In this document: positions 54,907 to 64,000 of the stretch, in pieces
Position numbering within the stretch: the stretch's first letter is position 1
Layout: each line of letters starts with the position of its first letter
The notes under the pieces: generated by a model
Databases searched by the model: none
What the model was told of the DNA's origin: nothing
What the model saw: only the letters and a program-made list of their open reading frames with translations
Assembly (NCBI GenBank): GCA_963752285.1
Contig: CAVVXN010000005.1
Location: forward strand, 512,001-576,000
Length of the DNA: 64,000 nt
Source of the DNA: an uncultured Planctomycetota bacterium
Lineage (GTDB): Bacteria; Planctomycetota; PLA2; JAEUHO01
Reading direction: 5' to 3'
Program-made: the position numbers and the translations under genes

Positions 54907-56307
54907 GTGTCGGATCGCGATGCCCGCACCGTACCCGCCGCGGCGTCCGCCAGCGCCGGGCGCGTGTGGATGACCAGCTTCGGCTGTCAGATGAACCTCC
55001 TCGACGCGGAGCTCGTGCTCGGCGACCTGACGCGGCGGGGCTACGCGCGCGTCGAGGACATGCACGAAGCGGACGTGATCCTGGTTCAGACGTGCTCGGT
55101 GCGTGACCACGCCGAGGCGAAGGTCTGGAGCCTGCTCGGGCGTGCGGGGCAGATGAAGGCCGCGCGGCCCGACCTGCGGATCGGGGTGCTGGGCTGCATG
55201 GCGCAGCGCGCGAAGGAGGAGATCGTTCGCCGTGCGCCCTTCGTGGACCTCGTCCTCGGGACGTCGAGCTTCCGCTCGGCTGCTCAGGACCTCGAGGACG
55301 TGGTTCGCCACGGCGGCCGCGTCTGCCGCACCGACCGGCGCCCGCCGCCCGACATGCCGCCGGACCTGGACCGCGACGTGACCCAGCGACCGGAGCGGCA
55401 CCGCGCGTGGGTGACGGTGATGCGCGGATGCGACCACGTGTGCGCGTACTGCATCGTCCCTTTCACGCGGGGTCGGGAGGTGTCCCGCCCGCTCGCGGAC
55501 GTCCTCGACGAGACCCGCCGCCTCGCGGAGGACGGCGTACGCGAGGTCTGCTTCCTCGGCCAGAACATCAACACGTACGGGAAGGACCTCGGCGAGGGGG
55601 GGCTCGCCACGCTGCTCGAGCGGGCCGCAGAGATCCCCGGCCTCGCACGCATCCGCTTCCTCACGTCGAATCCCTTCGACATGACCGAGGACATGATGCG
55701 GCGCTTCGGCGAGACGCCGAAGGTGATGCCGTGGCTCCACATCCCGGCCCAGTCTGGTTCCGACGCCGTCCTCCGCCGGATGAAGCGCACGTACTCGGTC
55801 GCGCAGTACGAGGAGGTCGTCGGTTGGGCTCGTCGCCACGTGCCCGACGTCGAGATCACCTCGGACTTCATCGTCGGCTTTCCCGGCGAGACGGACGAGG
55901 ACTTCGAGGGCACGCGCCGCCTCGTCGAGCGCGTGCAGCTCGTCCAGTGCTACGTGTTCAAGTACAGCGTCCGCCCGCGCACGCTCGCCGCACGCCGCCT
56001 CGAGGACGACGTGCCCGAGTCGGTGAAGCAGGAGCGGAACGCGGCGCTCCAGGAGGTCCAGGGGGCGATCTCCGAGCGGCGGAACGCGGCGATGGTCGGC
56101 CGGCACGTCGAGGTGCTCGTAGACGGCACGAGCAAGACGCGCGACGACATGCTGGCGGGGCGGGAGCCGGGGAACCGCCTCGTCCACTTCTCGGGCGACC
56201 CCACGCTCGCCGGCCGGTTCGTCACGGTACGCGTGGACGCGGCGGGGCGCCACTCGCTCGTGGGGGAGATCGCCCGGGTCGAGGGCGAGCCGGCCGAGAG
56301 CCGGTAG
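54907..56307 (+). CDS. miaB: tRNA-2-methylthio-N6-dimethylallyladenosine synthase
   Basis: FGCQMN, TCSVR, GCMAQ, CDHVCAYC radical SAM motif, IVGFPGET, TRAM. Confidence 0.95.
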   Translation: MSDRDARTVPAAASASAGRVWMTSFGCQMNLLDAELVLGDLTRRGYARVEDMHEADVILVQTCSVRDHAEAKVWSLLGRAGQMKAARPDLRIGVLGCMAQRAKEEIVRRAPFVDLVLGTSSFRSAAQDLEDVVRHGGRVCRTDRRPPPDMPPDLDRDVTQRPERHRAWVTVMRGCDHVCAYCIVPFTRGREVSRPLADVLDETRRLAEDGVREVCFLGQNINTYGKDLGEGGLATLLERAAEIPGLARIRFLTSNPFDMTEDMMRRFGETPKVMPWLHIPAQSGSDAVLRRMKRTYSVAQYEEVVGWARRHVPDVEITSDFIVGFPGETDEDFEGTRRLVERVQLVQCYVFKYSVRPRTLAARRLEDDVPESVKQERNAALQEVQGAISERRNAAMVGRHVEVLVDGTSKTRDDMLAGREPGNRLVHFSGDPTLAGRFVTVRVDAAGRHSLVGEIARVEGEPAESR

Positions 56308-56659
56308 GACGTCCGATCCGCGGGACGCCACCTCGTCGACGTCGATCCGCGGGTCGCAGCTCGACCGCGTCGCGTCGGCCCGGTCCGGGCGGGCGCGCGC
56401 CGCGGGCCGCTCGGCCGGCACCGCCGGGTCCGGGTCCCGTCCGTGGGCCCCCCATGTCGGCGAGCACGTCCGCGACGAGGGTTGGCGGCCCGGCGCGCCG
56501 CGCCCGGCGAGCCACGCGGCCGAGGGGATCGGCCGCGCCGTGGTCGGGGACCTCCCCGGGTAGCTCCGGCGCGGGGCGGCGAGGGGGCGAGGCGGACGCC
56601 ACGCGCCGTGCCGCCCCGCCGAGGCGTGGCCCGAGCGCGGGCCGACTACCATCTCCGCC

Positions 56660-57802
56660 ATGTCGGCGGACGATCACGACCGGGAGCGTCTGCGCCGCGC
56701 CATCGAGCTCGCCGCGAAGGGCCGGTTCCACGTGGAGCCGAACCCCACCGTCGGATGCGTCCTCGAGGTCGAGGGCCGCGTGGTGGGGGAGGGATGGCAC
56801 GTCGCGTTCGGCGCGCCGCACGCCGAGGTGGAGGCCCTGGCGCGCGCCGGGCCCTCCGCGCGGGGCGCGACGGCGTACGTCTCGCTCGAGCCCTGCTCGC
56901 GCGCCGGAAGGACCGGACCGTGCACTGACGCGCTCCTCGAGGCGGGCGTGCGACGTGTCGTGTACGCCGCGACGGACCCGAACGAGGCGGGAAGCGGCGC
57001 GGCGCGGCTTCGGGAGGCCGGCGTCCCCGTGGACGGTCCCGTCCTCGAGAGCGAGGCGGCGCCGCTTCTCGGCGCGTTCCTGCGCGCCCGCGGCCGGGAC
57101 CGTCCGTGGATCGTGCTCAAGTGGGCGATGACGCTCGACGGACGCATCGCCGAGGGACCGGGCCGCGGCGGCCGGATCACCGGCCCGCAAGCGCTCGCGT
57201 TCGCGCACGATCTCCGCGCCCACGCCGACGCGGTGGCCGTCGGCGTAGAGACCGTGCTGACCGACGACCCGCGACTCACGAGCCGGCTGGCGGAGGGCCC
57301 GCCCGGTGCCCACGCGCAGCCGTGCCGGGTCGTCTTCGACTCGTCGCTCCGCACCCCCGTGGACGCGCGCCTCCTCGACGACCTGCCCGACGTCCGGCTG
57401 GTCGTCTACACGGCCGACCCGGACCCGGTCCGCCGGCGCGCGCTCCAGAGACGTGGCGTGGACGTGGTCGAGGTGCCCGACCCGGGCGGGCGCGTGGACC
57501 TCGCGGCCGCGGTCCGGGACCTCGCGGGCCGCGGCGTGGCGCGCCTGCTCGTGGAGGGCGGGGCGCGCCTCCACGGCGCGTTCCTCCGCTCCGGGCTCTG
57601 CGACCAGGTGACGACCTTCGTCGCGCCGAGGATCCTCGGCGCGGAGGACGCGCCCGGCGCGGTCACCGGCGCGGGCTTCTCGGGCCTCGCGGGCGCGGCG
57701 CGGCTCTCCGACGTGCGGTCCCGGCCCCTCGGCGAGGACGTCGTGATCGAGGGCTACCTGGTCGGGCCGATCGCTCCGCTGCCCGACGTCACCCGACCGT
57801 GA
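56660..57802 (+). CDS. ribD: riboflavin biosynthesis deaminase/reductase
   Basis: PNPTVG, HAE, LEPC..C, TLDGRIA, VEGG. Confidence 0.95.
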   Translation: MSADDHDRERLRRAIELAAKGRFHVEPNPTVGCVLEVEGRVVGEGWHVAFGAPHAEVEALARAGPSARGATAYVSLEPCSRAGRTGPCTDALLEAGVRRVVYAATDPNEAGSGAARLREAGVPVDGPVLESEAAPLLGAFLRARGRDRPWIVLKWAMTLDGRIAEGPGRGGRITGPQALAFAHDLRAHADAVAVGVETVLTDDPRLTSRLAEGPPGAHAQPCRVVFDSSLRTPVDARLLDDLPDVRLVVYTADPDPVRRRALQRRGVDVVEVPDPGGRVDLAAAVRDLAGRGVARLLVEGGARLHGAFLRSGLCDQVTTFVAPRILGAEDAPGAVTGAGFSGLAGAARLSDVRSRPLGEDVVIEGYLVGPIAPLPDVTRP

Positions 57803-58857
57803 GCGTTCGTCACGTCGCTCAGCCGGTACCGGATGCGCGCGGCGCGGAGCATCTCCCTCAGCTCGAGCAGGTCGGGGTTGACCGGGTCGATGTACGACGC
57901 GCGCGCGGCGAACTCCTCGGCCGCGCTGTAGATGCGGCCCTGCCAGAAGAACTCCGCCGAGTCGTAGAGCAGTCGGAACTGCGCGGCGTCGAGGTCGTTC
58001 AGCATCGAGATGACCTCGCGGTACCGCGGGTCGTTCGGCCGCAGGATGCGCCGCAGCCGGCCGAGGTCGCGACGCGCGTCCATGAACGCCGCGTCGGCGG
58101 AGTCGGCGTACTTCCGCGCCCGGGAGACGTTGCCGATCTGGCGCGCGTCCGCGGCCTTCTTCGCCACGCTCCGCCCGAGGTCGATCTCGCCCGTCGCCTT
58201 CGTCTTCCTCCGGAGGATCTCCTTGTCGCGCTCCGCCTCGACCTGGATCCGCGCGAGCTCGGCGGCGTCCTTGGCCGCGGCCTTCTGGAGGGCGCCGACG
58301 CGCTGCACGAGCTCGGCGAGCAGGCGGTCGATGGCGACGGCGTTCGGCGCCGCGCCGAACTGGAGCTTCAGGTTCCGCGCGGTCTCGAGCGCGCCCTCGT
58401 AGTCGCCGGCGTCCGCCTGCTTCTCGGCCATCTTCACGCCCACCTGGACGGCGTCTTGCTCGGCCTTCGTGACGACCCCCTGGAAGACCTGCTTGTCGAT
58501 CGCACCCAGCGCCAGCGCCTTCTCGTACTCCACACGCGCCTCGGCGTAGAGCCCGAGCTCGACCGCCAGCTCCGCGAGCGAGAGCCGGGCCTGCCCGTCG
58601 GCGGGAGGGGCGAGCGCCGCCTTCGCGCGGTACACGCCGAGGGGCCGGAGCTGCGCCCACGGGATGCGCCGCGTCTCCTCGGCCCCGACGCGGACGACGA
58701 CCTCCTTCGCGTCCGCCGACTCGACGCTCCCCGTGACGCTCTGGCCCGAGAGGAGGGGGAGCTCGACGGGGCGTGCGTCCCCGGCGGCCGACGCGCGGAC
58801 GCACGGGAGCGCGACGAGGAGGACGGCCGTCAGGAGGACGAAGGGGGCGCGCGACAA
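57754..58857 (-). CDS. exported helical/TPR-like protein
   Basis: TTG with GAGGAG SD, signal peptide, helical repeats; convergent 49-nt overlap with ribD. Confidence 0.75.
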   Translation of the reverse strand: MSRAPFVLLTAVLLVALPCVRASAAGDARPVELPLLSGQSVTGSVESADAKEVVVRVGAEETRRIPWAQLRPLGVYRAKAALAPPADGQARLSLAELAVELGLYAEARVEYEKALALGAIDKQVFQGVVTKAEQDAVQVGVKMAEKQADAGDYEGALETARNLKLQFGAAPNAVAIDRLLAELVQRVGALQKAAAKDAAELARIQVEAERDKEILRRKTKATGEIDLGRSVAKKAADARQIGNVSRARKYADSADAAFMDARRDLGRLRRILRPNDPRYREVISMLNDLDAAQFRLLYDSAEFFWQGRIYSAAEEFAARASYIDPVNPDLLELREMLRAARIRYRLSDVTNAHGRVTSGSGAIGPTR

Positions 58858-58999
58858 GGGGGGCTCCTCGGGTCCGGGGGGCCGCGGCGCACGGCCCCCC
58901 CTTGCTGGGAACGTCCCCATGCTAGGAAGGGACCGAGCGTCTCCCGAAACCGGACCCGAGGGACGCCGGGAACCCCGAGGCGGCCGGCCGGACGGGCTT

Positions 59000-60157
59000 C
59001 TAGCCGTCGGGGCCGCCCGCGTGGGGCACGGGCGGGGGGAGCGCCGGGGCGGACGCGGCGGGCATCCCGGACGGCGCGGCGACGGTCGGCACCGGCTGGC
59101 GGGCCACGATCTGGCGGTAGCGGTCGAGGAGCTCGGCCGCGTCGATCCGCGCCTCGCGGTGTTTCGTCGCGTCCGTGAGCTTCAGGTACTGCTCCAGGTC
59201 CACGATGGCCTCGGGGAAGAGCCCCATGCCGGCGTACGCCTGCGCGCGCTCGACGAGGGCCGCGATCGACGCGGGGTCCTGGTCGAGGATGCGGTTGTAG
59301 CAGCGGACGGCGTCCCCGAACTCCTCGCGCCGCATGTGCACGCTGCCGAGGAGCAGCAGCATGCCCAGCTCCTTCTCCCTCGCGCCCCGGATCTTCTGCA
59401 TGTACCAGTCGCGCGTCTTCTCCGAGACCTCGCCGCGCATGCGCTTCCGCCACTCCTTCAGCTGCTCCTCCCAGCCGGTCTGGCTCCGCTGGCTGAGCGC
59501 CACGTACCGTTCGCCGTACTGCACGCCGAGCGTCTCGTCGCCGGCGATCAGGTTGGCCTTCGACAGGCCGGCGAGCGCGTACGGGTTGTCGGGTGAGTGC
59601 GCCAGCACCTGCTGCCAGAGCGGCATCGAGGCGCGAAGCAGCTCGTCCCGCTTCGCCTTCTGGTCGTCGATGTGCTCCTGGAGCAGCTTCGTGTCGGGCC
59701 CGCTCGCCTTCTTGATCCGGTTCTCCAAGACCGCGAGGTCGCGCGCGTAGTAGTCGGACAGGTCGGAGTAGACCTCCGCGAAGGTCGTCTGGACCTCGAA
59801 CCGGATGTCCCCCCGGGTGGGGTGCGTCCACTCGAGGCCCACGATGCCCTTCAGGATGGTCTCGGCGCGGCGCAGGTTGGCGACCGAGCCCTCCATCTGG
59901 AGCGACTTGGCGAGGCCGAACTTGGCCCACTGGTCGTCGGGGTGGCTCTCCAGGACCTTGTCCCACATGCTGACCGCCTGCGCGTAGCGGCCGCCCTCGT
60001 AGTAGGTCTTGGCGGCTTCCTCGTAGTAGTCCACGCGCGCCGCGGCGTCGGCCTTCTGGATGCTCGCCTCGGACTTCGGAAACGCTTCGCAACCCGCGAG
60101 GAACGCCGCGGCGAGGAGCGTCAGCGCCACGCGCGGGAAGGGGGTCCTGCTGGCCAT
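59000..60157 (-). CDS. TPR-repeat lipoprotein
   Basis: Lipobox LAGC, TPR repeats. Confidence 0.85.
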   Translation of the reverse strand: MASRTPFPRVALTLLAAAFLAGCEAFPKSEASIQKADAAARVDYYEEAAKTYYEGGRYAQAVSMWDKVLESHPDDQWAKFGLAKSLQMEGSVANLRRAETILKGIVGLEWTHPTRGDIRFEVQTTFAEVYSDLSDYYARDLAVLENRIKKASGPDTKLLQEHIDDQKAKRDELLRASMPLWQQVLAHSPDNPYALAGLSKANLIAGDETLGVQYGERYVALSQRSQTGWEEQLKEWRKRMRGEVSEKTRDWYMQKIRGAREKELGMLLLLGSVHMRREEFGDAVRCYNRILDQDPASIAALVERAQAYAGMGLFPEAIVDLEQYLKLTDATKHREARIDAAELLDRYRQIVARQPVPTVAAPSGMPAASAPALPPPVPHAGGPDG

Positions 60158-60212
60158 GCGGGTCCTCCGCTTCGGGACCGGGCGATGATCGGGAGGGGCG
60201 GTCACGGGGGGG

Positions 60213-61664
60213 TCATTTTCGTCGAGAGCCGAGAATCCGGGCCCGGCGGGCCGGGTCGCTGTCGAGCACGAGGGTGTGGATCCGGTCGAGTACCACTTCG
60301 CCCGGCGGGGCCCCGCGGGACTTGCGGACGTGCCGGCGCGGGACGTGGTCGACCTCGACCCTGGGGTGCCCGCGCCGGGCGCTGTACCAGACGGCGAGCT
60401 CGGCGGCCTCGAGGAGCGTCGGGAGGGGCACGGTCTGCCCCGTGGGCGTCGGCACGATCACGTGGCTCCCCGGGGCGCCGCGGACGTGCAGGAAGAGGTC
60501 GTTCGGCCGCGCGTGCCGAAGCGTGAGACGGTCGTTCCCGCGGGCGTCCTTGCCGACGAGCACGTCCCACCCCTCGGCGCTGGTGAAGGTCCTCCAGGGA
60601 AGCGCCTCGACAGGCCGAGCGCGGTTGCGCGGCGTGGGCGGCCGGGGCGGGCCGACGCCTCGGCGCGCCGCCTCGCGCTCGAGGAGCGCGGCGTCGCCCG
60701 CGCCGAGGCCGGCGAGGGCCTCGAGGTCCGCCAGGCGCGCCCGGAGCGCGGGGAGGCGGCGCCCGGCCTCCTCGGCGGCCCGCCGGGCCTTCTTCGCGCG
60801 CCGAAAGCGGTCGGCCACCTCCTCCCCCGGCGAGCGGGCCGGGTCGAGCGCGATCTCCAGCGGCGGGCCGTCGGGGCTCTCCGGGTCGGGAACCGAGACC
60901 TTCGCCCTCCCGCGCCCGAGCAGGTGGAACGAGGCCCGGAGCGCCTCGCCCTCGCGTTCGAGCGCCTGCGCCTCCCCGGACCGGAGGGCGGCCTCGTCGA
61001 GTCGCCGAACGGCGCCCGCGACGCGCCGGCGTTCCCGCTCGACCGCCGCCCCAAGGGCGCGGGCACGCGCCGCGGCCTCGTCGGCGCGCTCCGCCGCCCG
61101 GGCCGCGCGCCGGAGGGCCTCGCTTCCCCGCCCCGCCCCGATGTCTCCCGGGGCGGCAGGCCCCTCCGGCGCGCCCGGTTCCGCCGGCGCCTCCCGGGGC
61201 GGGGTCGGCTCGAACGCGGCGCCGACCGACGCCCCGCGGCGCCGGGCGACGTCCCCGCGCGGGACGAGGCGGACGAGGCCGTCGGCGTCCACGAGGTAGA
61301 GGTTCGCCCCGCGGCCGAAGAGCTCGACCCAGAGCGTGAAGCGCTCGTCGCCGCGCGTGAACGAGAGCGAGAGGCAGCGTTCGCCCGGTACCGGCGCGAC
61401 GGCATGGAGCCGCGCCCCCGCGAGGTGCCGCCGCGCCGCGGCGGCGAGCGGTGAGGGCGCCGCGGGCGCCGGGGCGTGCGGCGCGAGGGCCACGCGCGGC
61501 CACGACGGGTCGAGGTCGATCTCGAGGTCCGTTCGGCCCGCGTCGGACTCGAGCGTGAGCCGGAAGCGCAGACGGTCGTCCTGGTGGACCGCGCGCACGC
61601 GCGCCGGGAGGAGCGAGGCGAGCTCGGACGCGACGGCGGCGACGTCGGCCGGCGTCGTGCTCAC
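60213..61664 (-). CDS. rqcH: RqcH/FbpA (NFACT) ribosome quality-control protein
   Basis: ELFGRGANL, coiled coil, VGKDARGNDRL, LHVRGAPGSHV, AAELAVWYS. Confidence 0.88.
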   Translation of the reverse strand: MSTTPADVAAVASELASLLPARVRAVHQDDRLRFRLTLESDAGRTDLEIDLDPSWPRVALAPHAPAPAAPSPLAAAARRHLAGARLHAVAPVPGERCLSLSFTRGDERFTLWVELFGRGANLYLVDADGLVRLVPRGDVARRRGASVGAAFEPTPPREAPAEPGAPEGPAAPGDIGAGRGSEALRRAARAAERADEAAARARALGAAVERERRRVAGAVRRLDEAALRSGEAQALEREGEALRASFHLLGRGRAKVSVPDPESPDGPPLEIALDPARSPGEEVADRFRRAKKARRAAEEAGRRLPALRARLADLEALAGLGAGDAALLEREAARRGVGPPRPPTPRNRARPVEALPWRTFTSAEGWDVLVGKDARGNDRLTLRHARPNDLFLHVRGAPGSHVIVPTPTGQTVPLPTLLEAAELAVWYSARRGHPRVEVDHVPRRHVRKSRGAPPGEVVLDRIHTLVLDSDPARRARILGSRRK

Positions 61665-62125
61665 GCTTCGGGGTCGTAGACCCAGCGCGCCGCATCGGGC
61701 GCCCACGAGACGAGCTCGGCCTTCGTGAACCAGAGCCCGAGCTCGACCGTCGCGGAGGCCGCGCTGTCGGAGCCGTGCACGAGGTTGAAGGACCTGCTCA
61801 TCGCGTGGTCGCCACGAATCGTCCCCGCCGGCGCCTCGGCGGCGTTCGTCGAGCCCATGAGCCGGCGCACGGCGTCGATCGCGCCCTCGCCCCGGACGGC
61901 CAAGGCCACGACGGGGCCCGACGACATGAACCGGAGGAGCCCCTCGAAGAACGGGCGCTCGCGGTGGACGGCGTAGTGCTCCTCGAGGAGCGCGCGGGGC
62001 GCGAGGAGCATCTTGAGGCCCACGACCTGGAGGCCCTTCCTCTCGACGCGGCCGACGACCTCGCCCACCAGGCCACGCTGGACTCCGTCGGGCTTCACGA
62101 GGACGAGGGTGGTCTCGGTCGCCAT
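61661..62125 (-). CDS. ndk: nucleoside diphosphate kinase
   Basis: [22 protein letters not shown]. Confidence 0.97.
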   Translation of the reverse strand: MATETTLVLVKPDGVQRGLVGEVVGRVERKGLQVVGLKMLLAPRALLEEHYAVHRERPFFEGLLRFMSSGPVVALAVRGEGAIDAVRRLMGSTNAAEAPAGTIRGDHAMSRSFNLVHGSDSAASATVELGLWFTKAELVSWAPDAARWVYDPEA

Positions 62126-62213
62126 GGGGGCTCCTCTCGGACGTCCGGCGGTCGCTCGGGCGCTGGATTGTGGCCGAAGGCTCCGCGGGCACCCAGCTCT
62201 TCGGGACCCGCGG

Positions 62214-62242
62214 TTGACCCGCGGCGGGGGCGGCCGTAGCGT
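62214..62242 (+). promoter_or_regulatory. sigma70-type promoter, hslV probably leaderless
   Basis: TTGACC-17 nt-TAGCGT-7 nt-GTG. Confidence 0.6.
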
Positions 62243-62249
62243 CCGGCGC

Positions 62250-62776
62250 GTGACGACCCTCCTCGCCCTCCGACGCGACGGTCAGGCCGTGCTCGCGGCC
62301 GACGGACAGGTGACCCTGGGACAGTCCGTGCAGAAGCACGGCGCCGTCAAGGTGCGCCGCATCGAGGGGACGCCGGTGGTCGCCGGCTTCGCCGGCGGGG
62401 CCGCCGACGCGCTCGCGCTCCTCGAGCGATTCGAGGGCAAGCTCGAGGACGCGGGGGACAGCTCGTCCGCGCCGCCGTCGAGCTCGCGAAGGACTGGCGG
62501 AAGGACCGGGTGCTCCGGCGTCTCGAGGCGGTGCTCCTCCTCGCGGACCCGGAGGGCCTGCTCCTCGTCTCGGGTACCGGCGACGTGATCTCGCCCGACG
62601 ACGGCGTCCTCTACGCCGGCAGCGGGGGACCGGTCGCGGGGGCGGCCGCGCGCGCCCTGCTGCGCCACACGGACCTCGCGCTCCCCGACGTGGCCCGCGC
62701 GGCCCTCGAGATCGCGGCCGAGATCGACCTGTACACGAACGACCACGTCACGGTGCTCGAGACGCCGGTCGTCTGA
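62250..62776 (+). CDS. hslV: ATP-dependent protease subunit HslV (-1 frameshift in G-run near 62455, probably artefact)
   Basis: N-terminal [28 protein letters not shown]. Confidence 0.92.
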
Positions 62777-62827
62777 GGGCGTCGGCCCGCGCTCGGCGCG
62801 CCCCGCGGCCGGCCGTACCCTCCCGTC

Positions 62828-64000
62828 GTGTCGAAGGACCCCTCCGCCCTCTCCGACGCCGAGCTGACGCCGGCGCGCATCGTCGAGGCCCTCGACCGGC
62901 ACGTCGTCGGCCAGGCGAAGGCGAAGCGCGCGGTCGCGATCGCGATCCGCAACCGCTGGCGGCGGCTCCAGCTCACGGACGAGCTCCGCGAGGAAGTGAG
63001 CCCGAAGAACATCCTCCTGATCGGGCCCACCGGCGTCGGGAAGACCGAGATCGCCCGCCGCATCGCGACCCTGATCGGCGCGCCCTTCACGAAGGTCGAG
63101 GCGTCGAAGTACACCGAGGTCGGCTACGTGGGGCGCGACGTCGAGTCGATCGTGCGCGACCTGGTCGAGGGCGCCATCGTGATGACGCGCGAGCGCTCGC
63201 GACGCGAGGTGCGGGCGAAGGCCCGCGACGCGGCCGAGGAGCGTGTGCTCGACGCCCTGGTCCGCGACGTGCGCTCGGGCGACCCCGACCTCGATCCGCT
63301 CGGCTTCGACCGCGTGGACACGCGCGCGCCCGGGATGCAGGACCTCGGCGCGGCGCGGGTCCGGTTGCGCGAGCGCCTGCGCGCGGGCGCCCTGAACGAC
63401 CGGACGATCGAGGTGCAGGTGAAGGAGGGGGCGGGAACGCCGCTCGCGGACATCTTCGGCAACCAGTCCTTCGCGCAGACGGGCATCGACCTGCAGGGCA
63501 TGCTCGAACGCCTCCACCCCCCGACGCGCAAGCCGAAGCGACTGCCCGTGGCCGAGGCGCTCGAGCTCCTCACGGAGGAGGAGTCCGAGAGCCTGGTGGA
63601 CAAGCAGAACGTAGCCGAGGAGGCGATCCGCCTCGTCGAGAACTCCGGGATCGTGTTCCTCGACGAGATCGACAAGATCGCGATGGGAAGCGGTTCCAAG
63701 GGGGCGGGGCCGGACGTGTCCCGGGAGGGCGTGCAGCGCGACCTCCTGCCGCTCGTCGAGGGCACCACGATCGCCACGCGACACGGCATGGTGCGGACCG
63801 ACCACGTCCTCTTCATCGCAGCCGGCGCGTTCCACGTGAGCAAGCCGTCCGACCTGCTCCCCGAGCTCCAGGGGCGGTTCCCGATCCGGGTGCGCATGGA
63901 GAGCCTGACGGAAGCCGACTTCGTGCGGATCCTCGTCGAGCCCCGCGGCGCCCTGACGAAGCAGTACGCCGCGCTCCTCGCCACCGAGGGCGTGGAGCTC
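62828..64000 (+). CDS. hslU: ATP-dependent protease ATPase HslU (3'-truncated by window edge)
   Basis: Manual translation [54 protein letters not shown]. Confidence 0.96.
   Translation, partial: MSKDPSALSDAELTPARIVEALDRHVVGQAKAKRAVAIAIRNRWRRLQLTDELREEVSPKNILLIGPTGVGKTEIARRIATLIGAPFTKVEASKYTEVGYVGRDVESIVRDLVEGAIVMTRERSRREVRAKARDAAEERVLDALVRDVRSGDPDLDPLGFDRVDTRAPGMQDLGAARVRLRERLRAGALNDRTIEVQVKEGAGTPLADIFGNQSFAQTGIDLQGMLERLHPPTRKPKRLPVAEALELLTEEESESLVDKQNVAEEAIRLVENSGIVFLDEIDKIAMGSGSKGAGPDVSREGVQRDLLPLVEGTTIATRHGMVRTDHVLFIAAGAFHVSKPSDLLPELQGRFPIRVRMESLTEADFVRILVEPRGALTKQYAALLATEGVEL

Noticed and set aside
56308..56659. FMN riboswitch upstream of ribD
   Set aside because: No RFN consensus segments seen; a -10 box 7 nt before the ATG implies no leader
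57754..57802. Convergent 49-nt overlap of ribD with the opposite gene as antisense regulation
   Set aside because: Short tail overlaps are routine in GC-rich genomes
62450..62465. hslV pseudogene
   Set aside because: One base missing in a G homopolymer; both halves are conserved and hslU is intact

Overview
Very GC-rich bacterial chromosome segment, most likely Planctomycetota. The evidence is the EF-Tu effector region [17 protein letters not shown], the Rpo[11 protein letters not shown] segment, an L33 with CTETGDLNY, and HEAT/vWA exported proteins. 1-18.8 kb is mixed housekeeping and envelope genes: M50 protease, ComEC-DUF92 ORF, kdsD, PMM/PGM, penicillin-acylase family, TPR, GHMP kinase, C26 hydrolase, HEAT/vWA proteins, aroC. 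18.8-54 kb is the tRNA-tuf-secE-nusG-rplKAJL-rpoBC-str-S10-spc-alpha supercluster. 54-64 kb holds miaB, ribD, two exported TPR-like proteins, rqcH, ndk and hslVU. I found no mobile element, CRISPR array or defence island. The oddities are: a 4x27-nt palindromic tandem array plus an orphan exported-protein gene inserted between rpsG and fusA; rplC missing from the S10 operon; EF-Tu with NAID in place of the NKxD motif; a divergent EF-G; a ComEC-DUF92 in-frame fusion; a recurring TAnnnT-(6-8 nt)-start codon pattern suggesting leaderless mRNAs; and a highly structured rpoB leader. About 16 frameshifts in rpoB/rpoC, plus one each in map and hslV, look like assembly or consensus artefacts.
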